Notes: generated by a model from the sequence alone, not told the origin. A stretch of DNA of 64,000 nt from Alkalispirochaeta sp. (GCA_965242725.1 CBDESZ010000030.1:1-64000), one strand, 5' to 3'. Counted from the first letter of the stretch, positions 9,817 through 23,034 are shown. Numbers and translations: made by a program.

Positions 9817-11427
9817 GTGGATCTCTATATCTTTCACTACCATTTGCAGCCCGGCGGCGTCACCGGGGTGATCGCCAGAATGACGGACGGTATTTCCCGG
9901 TTCTCCCGTTCCATAGATCGAACGTGCGTCGTCACCGGTTCCATACCGGATACCACGGACCTGCCCGCCTCGGTCGGCGTGGAGGCGATGCCCTCCATCG
10001 GGTACATCACCAGAGAGCGGTTGGCTCACTACGCCCGGGGAGAGTCCGATGCGCCTTCATCCGGACCGGTGGGCCACGTCTCCACAGAGGAAGTCGCCGC
10101 CGGCGCGGCGGTTCTCTCCCGTCGGATCGAGGAGGAGCTTCTCAGGAGATTCGGCGGTCCCGACAGGGTATGGTGGATTCACAACTATCACCTCGGGAAA
10201 AACCCCGCATTCACCCGCGCCCTCCTCTCAATCGCGGCAGAACATCCCGAGCAGCCGATGGTCCTGCACATCCACGATTTTCCCGAGTCCGGCAGGTACA
10301 CAAACCTGCGATTTCTTCACCAGGCGGGCATCGGAAACCTCTATCCCCGCGGCGCCAATATCACCTATGTGACCATCAACTCCCGGGACCGGGAGATGTT
10401 GCGCGAGGGGGGCGTCGCTCCTGTGACGTACCTGCCCAATCCCGTTACGCACCATCCCGTCCCGGAAGGGGCGGAACGTGTCAGGACTCGCCGTCGCCTT
10501 CACGAAAACTACAGCGTGGAGTTTCCGCGATTCACCGGTGATGACCGTATCTTTCTCTATCCCGTCCGTTCAATCAGGCGGAAAAACGTCTTTGAAGCGT
10601 CCCTTCTCACCCTTCTCCAGGATGAGCCCACCTCCCTCATCGTGACGTTGCCGGGAGTCTCCCATCAGGAGAAGAAATACTCCTCCATGGTTGAAAACGC
10701 GTTTCGCGACGGGACCATCCCCGGCCTCTTCGGCATCGGAACCACCATCGACGGTTCGGGCATCACCTTTCCCGCTCTCCAACATGCATCGGACGCTCTC
10801 ATCTCCAGTTCCGTTCAGGAGGGATTCGGATACCAGTATGTGACTGCTCTGCAACTCGGGCTGCCCCTCATCGCGCGCAGCCTGGATATAACGGCGGATG
10901 TTGTCCCCCTCTTTGATGATTATCCATCTGCGTGGTATTCAAAGGTCACCGTACCAACGCGCACCCCCAGCCTTTCCGACCCGTACAGTCTCCTCCGGTT
11001 CCGGTATGAGGAGCGTATTGACCGCCTGACACCGCACCTTCCGGAAGAGGCGATCGATCAACTCTATAAGGAGCTCGACACGGTCCTGACGAGAGAGATC
11101 GTTGAGTTTTCCTACCTCTTTCCACACATGCAGTATGTCATTCTCCAGGATCTCCGCAGGGATACCGACTTTGCGCAGGAGGTGCGTCGTCTCAACGACG
11201 GGCTTCTCCGAAACGTGTCGTCCGCCCTCAATAGACCGGTACACCCGCGAAAGGAGGCGATCGACGCATCCTTCGGCGTACGTCACGTCACGGCGGAACT
11301 GGATCGGATCGTCGGGGGGGCGCCGCATACCGACTCCACTCCCGTCGCCGACGAAGAGAAAGATCGGAATTCATATGTCGTGCGGAATTTCGCCCGTCTC
11401 GCATATCAGCGGCTCCTGTATGAATAG
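9817..11427 (+). CDS. GT-B fold (GT4-like) glycosyltransferase of unknown specificity
   Basis: HYHLQPGGVTGVI, HNYHLGKN, HIHDFPE, YPVRSIRRKN, SSVQEGFG. Confidence 0.8.
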   Translation: MDLYIFHYHLQPGGVTGVIARMTDGISRFSRSIDRTCVVTGSIPDTTDLPASVGVEAMPSIGYITRERLAHYARGESDAPSSGPVGHVSTEEVAAGAAVLSRRIEEELLRRFGGPDRVWWIHNYHLGKNPAFTRALLSIAAEHPEQPMVLHIHDFPESGRYTNLRFLHQAGIGNLYPRGANITYVTINSRDREMLREGGVAPVTYLPNPVTHHPVPEGAERVRTRRRLHENYSVEFPRFTGDDRIFLYPVRSIRRKNVFEASLLTLLQDEPTSLIVTLPGVSHQEKKYSSMVENAFRDGTIPGLFGIGTTIDGSGITFPALQHASDALISSSVQEGFGYQYVTALQLGLPLIARSLDITADVVPLFDDYPSAWYSKVTVPTRTPSLSDPYSLLRFRYEERIDRLTPHLPEEAIDQLYKELDTVLTREIVEFSYLFPHMQYVILQDLRRDTDFAQEVRRLNDGLLRNVSSALNRPVHPRKEAIDASFGVRHVTAELDRIVGGAPHTDSTPVADEEKDRNSYVVRNFARLAYQRLLYE

Positions 11428-11529
11428 ACCGGTCCCGCGCGACCTTCGACAGAATCTTGACTTAAATAAACATATTTTCCAGTTATCGTGAAATCAGGTG
11501 CATTAAACGGCCGTTGGCGGTGCTTATAC

Positions 11530-11558
11530 TTGCATCATCGCAGAGATCGGTCTATAGT
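11530..11558 (+). promoter_or_regulatory. sigma70-type promoter of the PFOR gene
   Basis: TTGCAT-17 nt-TATAGT. Confidence 0.55.
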
Positions 11559-11645
11559 GGGGGTAGCAAATCTCCCTAACAAGTCCTTCTGCTCGTTCCC
11601 TTTTGTGGGGGCGGACGGAAAATCCTAGTTATTAAAGGAAGCGTT

Positions 11646-14600
11646 ATGCCAAAAAACTTTATAACGATCGACGGAAATGAAGCGGCGTCGCGTATAGCCT
11701 ACGCGTTCAGCGAAGTCGCCGCCATTTTCCCGATCACGCCCAGTTCACCCATGGGTGAACACGCAGATGCATGGGCCGCCCAGGGTAAAAAGAACCTGTT
11801 CGGTCAGCCGTTGGAAATCATCGAAATGCAGAGTGAAGCGGGTGCCGCCGGTGCGGTCCACGGTTCACTGACCGGTGGGGCCATGACCACCACCTATACG
11901 GCCAGCCAGGGCCTTCTGTTGATGATCCCGAACATGTACAAGATCGCCGGTGAACTTCTTCCCACGGTCTTTCATGTCTCGGCTCGCTCAATCGCGGCCC
12001 AGTCGCTCTCCATATTCGGTGACCATTCGGACGTCATGGGCGTCCGTCAGACCGGATTCGGTCTCATCGCCAGCAACAACGTCCAGGAAGCACAGGACGT
12101 CGCGGCGATCGCACACCTTGCAACGCTGGAATCGCGGATTCCCTTCGTTCACTTTTTCGACGGGTTCCGGACCAGCCACTCCATGCAGAAAATTGAGGAC
12201 CTGGACTACGATACGCTGCGGGACATGCTCGACATGAAGTATGTGGAAGCGTTCCGTGAAGTCGGACTTCGACCGGAAGACCCCATGGTCAAGGTCGGTG
12301 CACAGAACCCCGACGTCTACTTCCAGGGACGGGAGACGGTGAATAACTTCTACGCCGCCACGCCCGAGATTGTCCGCAAGTATATGAAGCTCTTCGCCAA
12401 GAAGACGGGACGCAGCTACGACCTCTTTGAGTACATCGGTGCACCCGACGCGGAGACGATCGTCATCGGTATGGGCAGCGGCATGGACACCGTGAAAGAG
12501 ACTGTTGAATACCTTGTGAGCAAGGGTGAAAAAGTCGGTGCCGTCATCGTTCGCCTTTATCGTCCCTGGTCCGGTGAAGATCTCCGCAAGGTGATCCCCG
12601 AATCGGTGAAGAAGATCGCCGTTCTTGACCGCACCAAGGAGCCGGGCGCTCCCGGTGAACCGCTCTATCTGGACGTCGTTCAGACGATGGTTGGACGGAA
12701 TGTCACCATCATCGGCGGCCGCTACGGTCTATCGAGCAAGGAGTTTACTCCCGCGATGGTCAAGGCCACCTACGATCACGTCAACGCAGGCGGCTTCCAC
12801 GATTTTACGGTGGGAATCACCGACGACCTCTCCAACAAGAGTATTCCCGTCAAGGAGAATATCGACGTCGAACAGGACGGCATCGTCCGGTGTAAGTTCT
12901 GGGGTTACGGTTCCGACGGAACGGTCAGCGCCAACAAGAACTCAATTAAGATCATCGGTGCCGAGACGGACAAGTACGTGCAGGCATACTTCAGCTATGA
13001 CTCAAACAAGTCGGGCGGATATACCGTCAGTCACCTTCGCTTCGGCGATAATCCGATCCGGTCGGAGTACCTCCTCACCAAGAGTGAATTCATCGCCCTT
13101 CACCGCCCGCAGTACATCGGGCGCTTTGATATCCTGGAAGGCATCGCAGAGGGCGGCACCTTTCTCATCAACACCACCGAAGCGCCGGATAACGTCTTCA
13201 ACACCTTCACCAAAAAGATGCAGGACGAGATTATTTCCAAGAATGTCAAAGTCTACGCCGTGGACGGATTCAAGCTCGCCAAGGAGGCGGGGCTGGGTAA
13301 CCGGATCAACACGGTCATGCAGGTTGCATTCTTCAAGCTCGCCAATGTGATCGAGCCGGACAAGGCGATTGAGCTGGTGAAGAAGTACGTTGAAAAGCAG
13401 TTCATCAAGAAAGGCAAGGAAATTGTCGAGATGAACTGGAAAGCCATCGACATGGCCGTGGACGCCGTCAAGGAAGTTCCGGTTCCGAAGAAAGCGGAAT
13501 CCTCCGTGGAAGACACCGTCCTCGTACCGGCTGACGGCAGCGAATTTGCCAAGAAGATCGTTGAACCGATCTGGCGCATGAAGGGTGACGACATCAAGGT
13601 GAGCGAAATGCCCATCGATGGGCGCATCCCCAGCGGTACCAAGCGGGTGGAACTGGGCGGACGCCCCGGTCCGGTCATCACCAAATGGGCGGCCAAGAGC
13701 GAATTGACCCAGAACATGGACATCCAGTGGGACGAGCCCTACTTCGAGTATCCCGGCAGCTGCATGGGTTGTGGAGAGGTACCGTACATCCACCTGATCG
13801 CACAGATGTATGGAGATCGCATGATGGTCGCCAATGCGACGGGATGTTCTTCCATATACGGCGGTACATTCCCGGCGGTTCCCTACACCAAGGACAGCAA
13901 GGGGTACGGTCCCGTCTGGGCCAACAGCCTCTTTGAGGACAACGCCGAGTACGGCTTTGGAATGCGCCTCGCCGTCGACAGCAATCGTCGCCAGCTGCAG
14001 GCAAACGTGGAACTCCTCCTCGACAAGGGCACGAGCGGCGAACTGACCGCAGCGCTCAAGAAGAATCTCGAGCTGTGGAAATCGGTAGGTCGCGACGCCA
14101 AGGACGCTGCAGAAAAGACGCGCTCCCTTCTCCCGACGGCTCTCAAGAACGCAACGACCGAGACCAAACCGATCATTGCGAAGATCCAGGAACTGGGCGA
14201 CTACTTCGTCGACAAATCGGTGTGGATCTTCGGTGGAGATGGTTGGGCCTACGACATCGGATACGGCGGTCTTGACCACGTCATGGCACAGCAGAAGAAC
14301 GTCAACGTTCTCGTCCTCGACACCGAAGTCTACTCCAATACCGGTGGACAGGCGTCCAAATCGACTCCTCGCGGAGCGATCGCCAAGTTTGCCGCCGACG
14401 GAAAGAAGACGGGCAAAAAGAATCTCGGTCTCATGATGACGACCTACGGTCACGTCTACGTGGCGAGCATCAACATGGCACAAAGCCGCGAACAGGTCCT
14501 TCAGGCGATCGTAGAGGCGGAAGCGTACGACGGACCCTCCATCATCATGGCCTACAGCCCCTGTATCGCCCACGGATACGACATGAAGATCTCCGTCAAG

Positions 14601-14864
14601 CAATCACAAAACGCTGCCCAGTCGGGATACTGGCCGATGTACCGGTACAACCCGGCAAACGAACTGGTCGGCAAGGATCCCTTCATCTGGGAAACCCCGG
14701 AAAAAACGGTGGACTTCAAGGTCTACACCGGTGCGGAAATCCGGTACCGGGCTCTGGAGCTTGCCAAGCCGGAAGAAGCGGAACGACTGCAGAAACTGGC
14801 GGAAGAAGACAACAAACGGCGTTTTACCGACCTGCGAAAGCTTGCGGAAGAACACCAGGACTGA
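11646..14864 (+). CDS. nifJ: Pyruvate:ferredoxin/flavodoxin oxidoreductase (NifJ type) lacking the internal 2x[4Fe-4S] domain
   Basis: FPITPSS, QSEAGAAG, SQGLLLM, GSDGTV, CMGCGE, ANATGCSS, GGDGWAYDIG, YSNTGGQ, SPCIAHG; no CxxCxxCxxxCP motif. Confidence 0.9.
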   Translation: MPKNFITIDGNEAASRIAYAFSEVAAIFPITPSSPMGEHADAWAAQGKKNLFGQPLEIIEMQSEAGAAGAVHGSLTGGAMTTTYTASQGLLLMIPNMYKIAGELLPTVFHVSARSIAAQSLSIFGDHSDVMGVRQTGFGLIASNNVQEAQDVAAIAHLATLESRIPFVHFFDGFRTSHSMQKIEDLDYDTLRDMLDMKYVEAFREVGLRPEDPMVKVGAQNPDVYFQGRETVNNFYAATPEIVRKYMKLFAKKTGRSYDLFEYIGAPDAETIVIGMGSGMDTVKETVEYLVSKGEKVGAVIVRLYRPWSGEDLRKVIPESVKKIAVLDRTKEPGAPGEPLYLDVVQTMVGRNVTIIGGRYGLSSKEFTPAMVKATYDHVNAGGFHDFTVGITDDLSNKSIPVKENIDVEQDGIVRCKFWGYGSDGTVSANKNSIKIIGAETDKYVQAYFSYDSNKSGGYTVSHLRFGDNPIRSEYLLTKSEFIALHRPQYIGRFDILEGIAEGGTFLINTTEAPDNVFNTFTKKMQDEIISKNVKVYAVDGFKLAKEAGLGNRINTVMQVAFFKLANVIEPDKAIELVKKYVEKQFIKKGKEIVEMNWKAIDMAVDAVKEVPVPKKAESSVEDTVLVPADGSEFAKKIVEPIWRMKGDDIKVSEMPIDGRIPSGTKRVELGGRPGPVITKWAAKSELTQNMDIQWDEPYFEYPGSCMGCGEVPYIHLIAQMYGDRMMVANATGCSSIYGGTFPAVPYTKDSKGYGPVWANSLFEDNAEYGFGMRLAVDSNRRQLQANVELLLDKGTSGELTAALKKNLELWKSVGRDAKDAAEKTRSLLPTALKNATTETKPIIAKIQELGDYFVDKSVWIFGGDGWAYDIGYGGLDHVMAQQKNVNVLVLDTEVYSNTGGQASKSTPRGAIAKFAADGKKTGKKNLGLMMTTYGHVYVASINMAQSREQVLQAIVEAEAYDGPSIIMAYSPCIAHGYDMKISVKQSQNAAQSGYWPMYRYNPANELVGKDPFIWETPEKTVDFKVYTGAEIRYRALELAKPEEAERLQKLAEEDNKRRFTDLRKLAEEHQD

Positions 14865-14884
14865 CCGGACCGGTACAGTCACAC

Positions 14885-14914
14885 AAAAAAGGCCGCGCAT
14901 ACGCGCGGCCTTTT
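14885..14914. terminator. Bidirectional intrinsic terminator
   Basis: A6-GGCCGCGC-ATAC-GCGCGGCC-T4 between convergent genes. Confidence 0.85.
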
Positions 14915-14981
14915 CTATGCCCGGATCGTGACGAAACGATGCATCCCCGCTCCGCGCTCCGCCCGGAACCGGGGGTGTATA

Positions 14982-17315
14982 TTACTGACTCAGCAGAAGA
15001 TACATGCTTACCGTACTGGTAATGAGACTCAACACCGTCGTGATCGGTCCCAGATAGAAGATCGGGCTGTTTGTGGCGAAATGGATACGGTCTTCCGGAC
15101 GAATGACTTCATCCCGATCACGCCGTTCTCCATCGATGGTCGTTATCTTTGGCCACTCGCCCATATGGCGGTTTGGATCAATGCCGCCCGCCTGGGCAAG
15201 ATAGTACTCATAGGTACGGTCCGGCACATACCCGATCCGTCCCGGTGCCCGAACCCCGCCGGTAATGGTCACAAACTGCTGGTAGAAAGGAATCATGATG
15301 CGATCGCCCGGACGGAGCTTGGGATCCACTTCCGGATTCCGCTCATAAGTCAGGCGTTCCAGATCGATCGCGATCGTCGCGCCGCCTTCGTGTAGCGGAC
15401 GCATCATATAGGCGTTCTCCAGGTCTGCAGAAGGCAAGAAGCGGTCGGAAAGCTGCCGTACGGCGTGTGACAATCGTTCTCCCGGGAGGAATCGATAGGT
15501 GTAGCGGGCAAACCCGGAACTGGGAGTTTCAACTCCTTCCCGCACCTCCGTGCTGAGATCCTCACCGGTAAAAATCGCACCTTCAAAAAAAGCTACCGGA
15601 AGAAATTCGTCCTTCGTCCGGACCGTCACCATATCCCGGTCCTTCAAATCGATCCGTTCATTTCCAGTGAAGGACACTTCAATCGTCTGTGATGTGGCGT
15701 CCGTTTCGGTAATGCGGACAATCCGTATCCCATCAAGATCGGCTTCAGCCGTCGCGCCGTCGGAGTACCGTTCTATCAGTTCACCCAGCTGCTCTCCCGG
15801 CCGCAGTTGATACGTTCCAGGCCGCCGGACCTCTCCGTCTATCGTCACTATCCGTTCAGCCCGCATGAGCCGCACCGTGTCGTAAGGCCGGAGGTACGGA
15901 TTTTCGGTCAGGTCACCGTTTCGTTCATAGCCAAAGAGATCGTACCGTTCCGTCGTGCCGTCGCGCCGGTTCACGATGACGTTGCGGGTATCGGCATATT
16001 CCGTCGCACGTTCCTCAACAACCTCACTCAGACGCGTCAGCCCGTCTACTTCGGCAATACCCGCGCGAGTGACTTCACCTTCCACTACAACAAACTGCTG
16101 CTGGAAGGGTATCACGACACGGTCTCCGGGCCGGAGAGGTACGTCATTCGCCGGCGCCCGCTGGTAGAGCAAATCCTCCATATTTACCGGAATACGTCTG
16201 CCTTCCTCATCATCGGCACGTCGCACAAAGGCTTCATCCAACGCCGCCGAGGGCAGAAGGCGATCGGAAATTTCCTTGACGACGTCCGACAAAGCCTGTC
16301 CAGGTCGATATCGCCGGGGAAATCGCGCATACTCGATGCGATCGTAGATCTCTTCACCGTCTTCTTCCGACGGCGGTCGCGGCAGGAGCGCCCCTTCAAA
16401 AAAGACGACAGGCAGAAATTCATCCTTTGTGCGGACCGTCACCGTATCCCTGTCCTTCAGCTCGATTCGTTCATGTCCGCTAAAGGACACGTCAATCGTC
16501 CGGGACGTGTCAGCCTCTTCGGTAATGCGGACAATACGCGTCATTCCCAGGTCGGCCTGCGCCGTCGCACCGTCGGCGTACCGTTCTATCAACTCCTTCA
16601 GGTGTTCTCCCGGTTGCAGCTGATACCGCCCGGGTCGTCGAACTTCACCTTCTACCGTGACGATCCTGTCAGCCTTTCTCAATTCAATACGATCACCGGG
16701 ACGCAAATAGGGATTCTGCGACAAAAGACCATCACGCTGAAAACGAAAGAGGTCATAAGTCCGTCGGCTACCATCACGGGACCGCACGGTAACGGCACGC
16801 ATTGAGGCGTACTCCGTTGCCCGACCGGCGGCAACATCGGCCAGTCTGGTCAGTCCCGTTGCCTGACCGAGCCCCGATTTCACCACTTCCCCGACAAATG
16901 TTATTTGAAATCGTCCAAGCGACCGTATGAGCACCCGGGGAATGCTTCTTGGGTATGATTCAATCACCCGGCTTTGGAGACGCTGCCGTAACGCGACAAA
17001 GGTCGTGTCGGCGACGTCAAAGGCACCAAATGGTCCAACATTGATCGAATAATCCTGTTCAACGACGATTTCCAGAGAGACCGCCTCGGTGACCACACGA
17101 TATGTAAGAACGTACACGTCACCGGGCGTTACCGGATAATCATCGAGACTCATCGCAACGATTGCAGCCTGTTCACGATCAAGCTTATCCGTATCTGACG
17201 TCGATCTTTCACTTTCTGCGTCCTGGGCATGTGCAATAAAGGGGATCAGAAGGAACAGAAGGGAGGCTAAAAAAACCGTACCTCTTGTGGTGAAGAAACA
17301 GCTATTCCGGTACAT
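14982..17315 (-). CDS. SLBB-repeat polysaccharide biosynthesis/export protein (Wza/KpsD-like)
   Basis: Signal peptide, YPVTPGD, repeated V.GEV.RPG.Y and NPYLRP.D motifs, C-terminal hydrophobic helix. Confidence 0.8.
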   Translation of the reverse strand: MYRNSCFFTTRGTVFLASLLFLLIPFIAHAQDAESERSTSDTDKLDREQAAIVAMSLDDYPVTPGDVYVLTYRVVTEAVSLEIVVEQDYSINVGPFGAFDVADTTFVALRQRLQSRVIESYPRSIPRVLIRSLGRFQITFVGEVVKSGLGQATGLTRLADVAAGRATEYASMRAVTVRSRDGSRRTYDLFRFQRDGLLSQNPYLRPGDRIELRKADRIVTVEGEVRRPGRYQLQPGEHLKELIERYADGATAQADLGMTRIVRITEEADTSRTIDVSFSGHERIELKDRDTVTVRTKDEFLPVVFFEGALLPRPPSEEDGEEIYDRIEYARFPRRYRPGQALSDVVKEISDRLLPSAALDEAFVRRADDEEGRRIPVNMEDLLYQRAPANDVPLRPGDRVVIPFQQQFVVVEGEVTRAGIAEVDGLTRLSEVVEERATEYADTRNVIVNRRDGTTERYDLFGYERNGDLTENPYLRPYDTVRLMRAERIVTIDGEVRRPGTYQLRPGEQLGELIERYSDGATAEADLDGIRIVRITETDATSQTIEVSFTGNERIDLKDRDMVTVRTKDEFLPVAFFEGAIFTGEDLSTEVREGVETPSSGFARYTYRFLPGERLSHAVRQLSDRFLPSADLENAYMMRPLHEGGATIAIDLERLTYERNPEVDPKLRPGDRIMIPFYQQFVTITGGVRAPGRIGYVPDRTYEYYLAQAGGIDPNRHMGEWPKITTIDGERRDRDEVIRPEDRIHFATNSPIFYLGPITTVLSLITSTVSMYLLLSQ

Positions 17316-17526
17316 GTAATGTCATCTCACGTTTCAAGATTTTCGCATTCTCGTACTATTGCGAATAAGAATACAATCCAAATCTACAATTATTTTTATT
17401 TGCACTTTTGGTCATTATAAATAGTATTATCACAATATTGATAATACATCTTCAAAATGTATCCATCGTCATTATGCATGGTGATTCTGAAATAGTCCAC
17501 CTTCAACGTCCGGAAGAGACGTGTCT

Positions 17527-19071
17527 CTATGTACCTGCAAAGTCCAGGACGAAACGAGCACCCTTCCTGTACCTTTCGTCAAGATATACCGCACCGTTGT
17601 GTGCTTTCATGATATCCATTACAAGAGGGAGTCCAAGTCCCGTTCCGCGTTCTCCCGCTGTTCCTATACGGCTCGTTTTCACCTCATGGCGAAACAGATT
17701 CTCCCGATCTTCATCGACGATGCCGGTTCCATCGTCCTCCACCCATACGGTGTCACCTTTCTGGTGGACGCGAATTTCGCCGCCTCTCGGTGAAAACTTG
17801 ACGGCGTTGGAGACGAGGTTAAATACAGCCTCCCTGAAAAGGCCCATATCGACAAACATTGTAGATTCATTGTGAATCGAAGTCGTAACCGTCAGCGATT
17901 TATCCTTGATCTGCTTGCTGAGGCTTAACAGAACCTGCTGCACGATCAGGTGGACCGATACTTCTTCCCTGTTCACTTCAATTCGCCCTGACTGGAGCCG
18001 GTGTATATTCAGCAGCTGATTCAGCATCTCGACGAGAACAGCTGTTGCTTCACGAAGGTCACGGATTGAGTTCTTCCACTCCTCCGGCGTAAATGAGCTT
18101 CCTGACCGGTCCAGGAGCTCAAGCATCGTGGATATCCCCGACAAAGGAGAGCGCAAATCATGAGAGACGAGTGATAGAAAGGTATCCTTTATCCGGTTCG
18201 CGTTTTCCGCAGCCAACTGCTGTTCCTGAAGTACGCGTTCCTTCTCCTTCCTGTCTGATATATCCGTCAGAGAAACGAGATCATATGTCTTGTGGTCTTT
18301 GTGCAGTCGCGTTAGAGACGCGATGGCCGGTGTCTTTCCCCCGGCCGTATTCGTAATTACCGTTTCTCTCGTCATTCCTGGATCATCCGGGACGTTATCA
18401 AGAAACCGGGAAAGGGGAAGACCCACAAGAGAGTCCGCATCGGAATCGGTGATATATCCTGCAAAAGCGTAATTTCCGCGAACAATGGAATCATTCTCCA
18501 CCAGAATTAACGGTGTCGGTGCTGCTTCAAAGAGCACCGAGAATGTGTCCCTTTCCTCGATAAGGACGCGATTCATTCGCCGAATTTCCAATTGAGTTGC
18601 AACCTGGCCGGCAAGTTTTTCCAGAATTGGTACGTGACCCTTCGGCACCTCTCGTGGGTGCGTATCGACGACGCAAAGTGTCCCCAGAATGTGGCCCGAA
18701 CGGGACCGTATGGGCACACCAACATAAAACTTTATTTTTCGTCCAAGAGGACTCAAAGATTCCGGGACAAATACTTCCTCTTTGTCCGTATCGGGAATAA
18801 CGATCGGCTTTTCGTTTTCAACGACAAAATGACAATACGTTTGTTTTCTTGGGAGTCTGTTCGCCTCAAAACCATATGTCGCCTTGAACCACAATTCGAC
18901 ATCGTCGAGGAAACTGATATACGCCATAGTACATCCGGTAATGTAGGCGGCGATTTCTGCTACATCGTCATACTGTCGCTCAGACGGTGTACCGATAATG
19001 CCGTATCGTTCCAGCTCCACTAACCGTTGGCGTTCAATAGTTTCGTCGTCCAGGACCAGCTCTTCAATCAT
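17527..19071 (-). CDS. GAF-PAS sensor histidine kinase (cytoplasmic; start probably 19071, ORF track gives 19095)
   Basis: GAF (FYVGVPI...GTLCVVD), H-box VSHDLRSPL, NLVSNAVKF, DDGTG, GTGLGL. Confidence 0.9.
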   Translation of the reverse strand: MIEELVLDDETIERQRLVELERYGIIGTPSERQYDDVAEIAAYITGCTMAYISFLDDVELWFKATYGFEANRLPRKQTYCHFVVENEKPIVIPDTDKEEVFVPESLSPLGRKIKFYVGVPIRSRSGHILGTLCVVDTHPREVPKGHVPILEKLAGQVATQLEIRRMNRVLIEERDTFSVLFEAAPTPLILVENDSIVRGNYAFAGYITDSDADSLVGLPLSRFLDNVPDDPGMTRETVITNTAGGKTPAIASLTRLHKDHKTYDLVSLTDISDRKEKERVLQEQQLAAENANRIKDTFLSLVSHDLRSPLSGISTMLELLDRSGSSFTPEEWKNSIRDLREATAVLVEMLNQLLNIHRLQSGRIEVNREEVSVHLIVQQVLLSLSKQIKDKSLTVTTSIHNESTMFVDMGLFREAVFNLVSNAVKFSPRGGEIRVHQKGDTVWVEDDGTGIVDEDRENLFRHEVKTSRIGTAGERGTGLGLPLVMDIMKAHNGAVYLDERYRKGARFVLDFAGT

Positions 19072-19180
19072 CCGCAAACATCCCCTCCGCTCCATTATAG
19101 CAAAGAGTCCGGAGTAAATATACGTCGATGTCCCCTGGGTACCCGGACGTTTTCTAACGCCCTCGTTTCATTCGGGCAAT

Positions 19181-19416
19181 AAAAAACGTCTGGCGACGAG
19201 CTCCGGCACTCCGTGCCTTCGCCACCGGCGTGGTCCTCCCTTCCCGGGATCGTTCCTCGCCTACGGCTGCGGTACGACCCGTTTCCGGTCCACGCCTCGC
19301 CTCCGGTGTCGGGATCGTTCCTCCCGGCTCCGCCGGTCCGGTACGACCCTGATGTCGTCGCTCCAATAGAGTTTTTTATGTCCACACGCCCGTTGGGCGT
19401 ATGGACATAAAAAAAC

Positions 19417-19428
<12 letters not shown>
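19181..19428 (-). repeat. 19-bp direct repeats of the 5S rRNA 3' end (19181-19199, 19410-19428) bracketing a GC-rich structured unit
   Basis: AAAAAACGTCTGGCGACGA occurs twice; two internal GGGTCGTACC...GAGGAACGATCCC modules on the minus strand (19349-19311, 19280-19246). Confidence 0.8.
19371..19416 (-). terminator. Long hairpin immediately 3' of 5S (rrn terminator-like)
   Basis: TTTTTTATGTCCA-c-ACGCCC GTT GGGCGT-a-TGGACATAAAAAA; on the minus strand the hairpin is followed by A's, so it is not a canonical U-tailed terminator. Confidence 0.45.
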
Positions 19429-19528
<100 letters not shown>

Positions 19529-19710
19529 GTAATAATTACGTAGTTGGGCGGAAGGAAGAAGGTGCGTACCGGAGCTACCAAGTAGCGAGGAACGCACCGA
19601 CAAGAGCAGTGAAGCGGATATTCGACATCACTGCATGAAACGCGGCAAGCTGGATCGACGACCGATTGGCCGTCGATACGCGTTATTAGAGCGTCCTGAG
19701 ATGACTCATA

Positions 19711-22650
<2,940 letters not shown>

Positions 22651-22882
22651 TATGAGTCTCTCACGACGCTCTATATGCACGCACCACCACTTCCTGAAAA
22701 GCGCGGCTCGCACACTGTTCATGCTCCTCACCGCTTCGCGGTTCGGTTCACAAACGAACTCGTTTTCTTTCTTGCTTGCTCGCTCTTGCGTTGTCCCCAC
22801 GCCTCCGTTCGGTGCATACACACCTCTCGTGTCGCAAGTCAACGCGCTTTGCGTCTCTTCTTCCTTCCCTTCCCTATTATGC

Positions 22883-22893
22883 TGTGAAAGAAC
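22883..22893 (-). promoter_or_regulatory. Spacer boxA-like antitermination element
   Basis: GTTCTTTCACA upstream of 23S, followed by the same purine-rich tract as the leader copy. Confidence 0.6.
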
Positions 22894-22960
22894 GCGTCTG
22901 CCTGCCGTTTTCCTGACAAACAAACTGTCATATATGACGACCAGGTCGTCTTACATGAAA

Positions 22961-23034
22961 TGGAGGTAAAGGGACTCGAACCCTTGACCCCTAGAATGCA
23001 AATCTAGTGCTCTAGCCAACTGAGCTATACCCCC
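22961..23034 (-). tRNA. tRNA-Ala(TGC), CCA not encoded
   Basis: GGGGGTATAGCTCAGTTGGCTAGAGCACTAGATTTGCATTCTAGGGGTCAAGGGTTCGAGTCCCTTTACCTCCA; G3:U70 pair. Confidence 0.97.

Noticed and set aside
13002..14603. 533-aa antisense ORF inside PFOR, and similar long shadow ORFs over glmS, trp, msp and flcA
   Set aside because: They lie opposite well-supported genes, carry no recognisable motifs, and are expected from GC-rich codon bias.
19246..19349. CRISPR-like reading of the two repeated modules
   Set aside because: Only two copies with variable interiors, no regular spacers and no cas genes.
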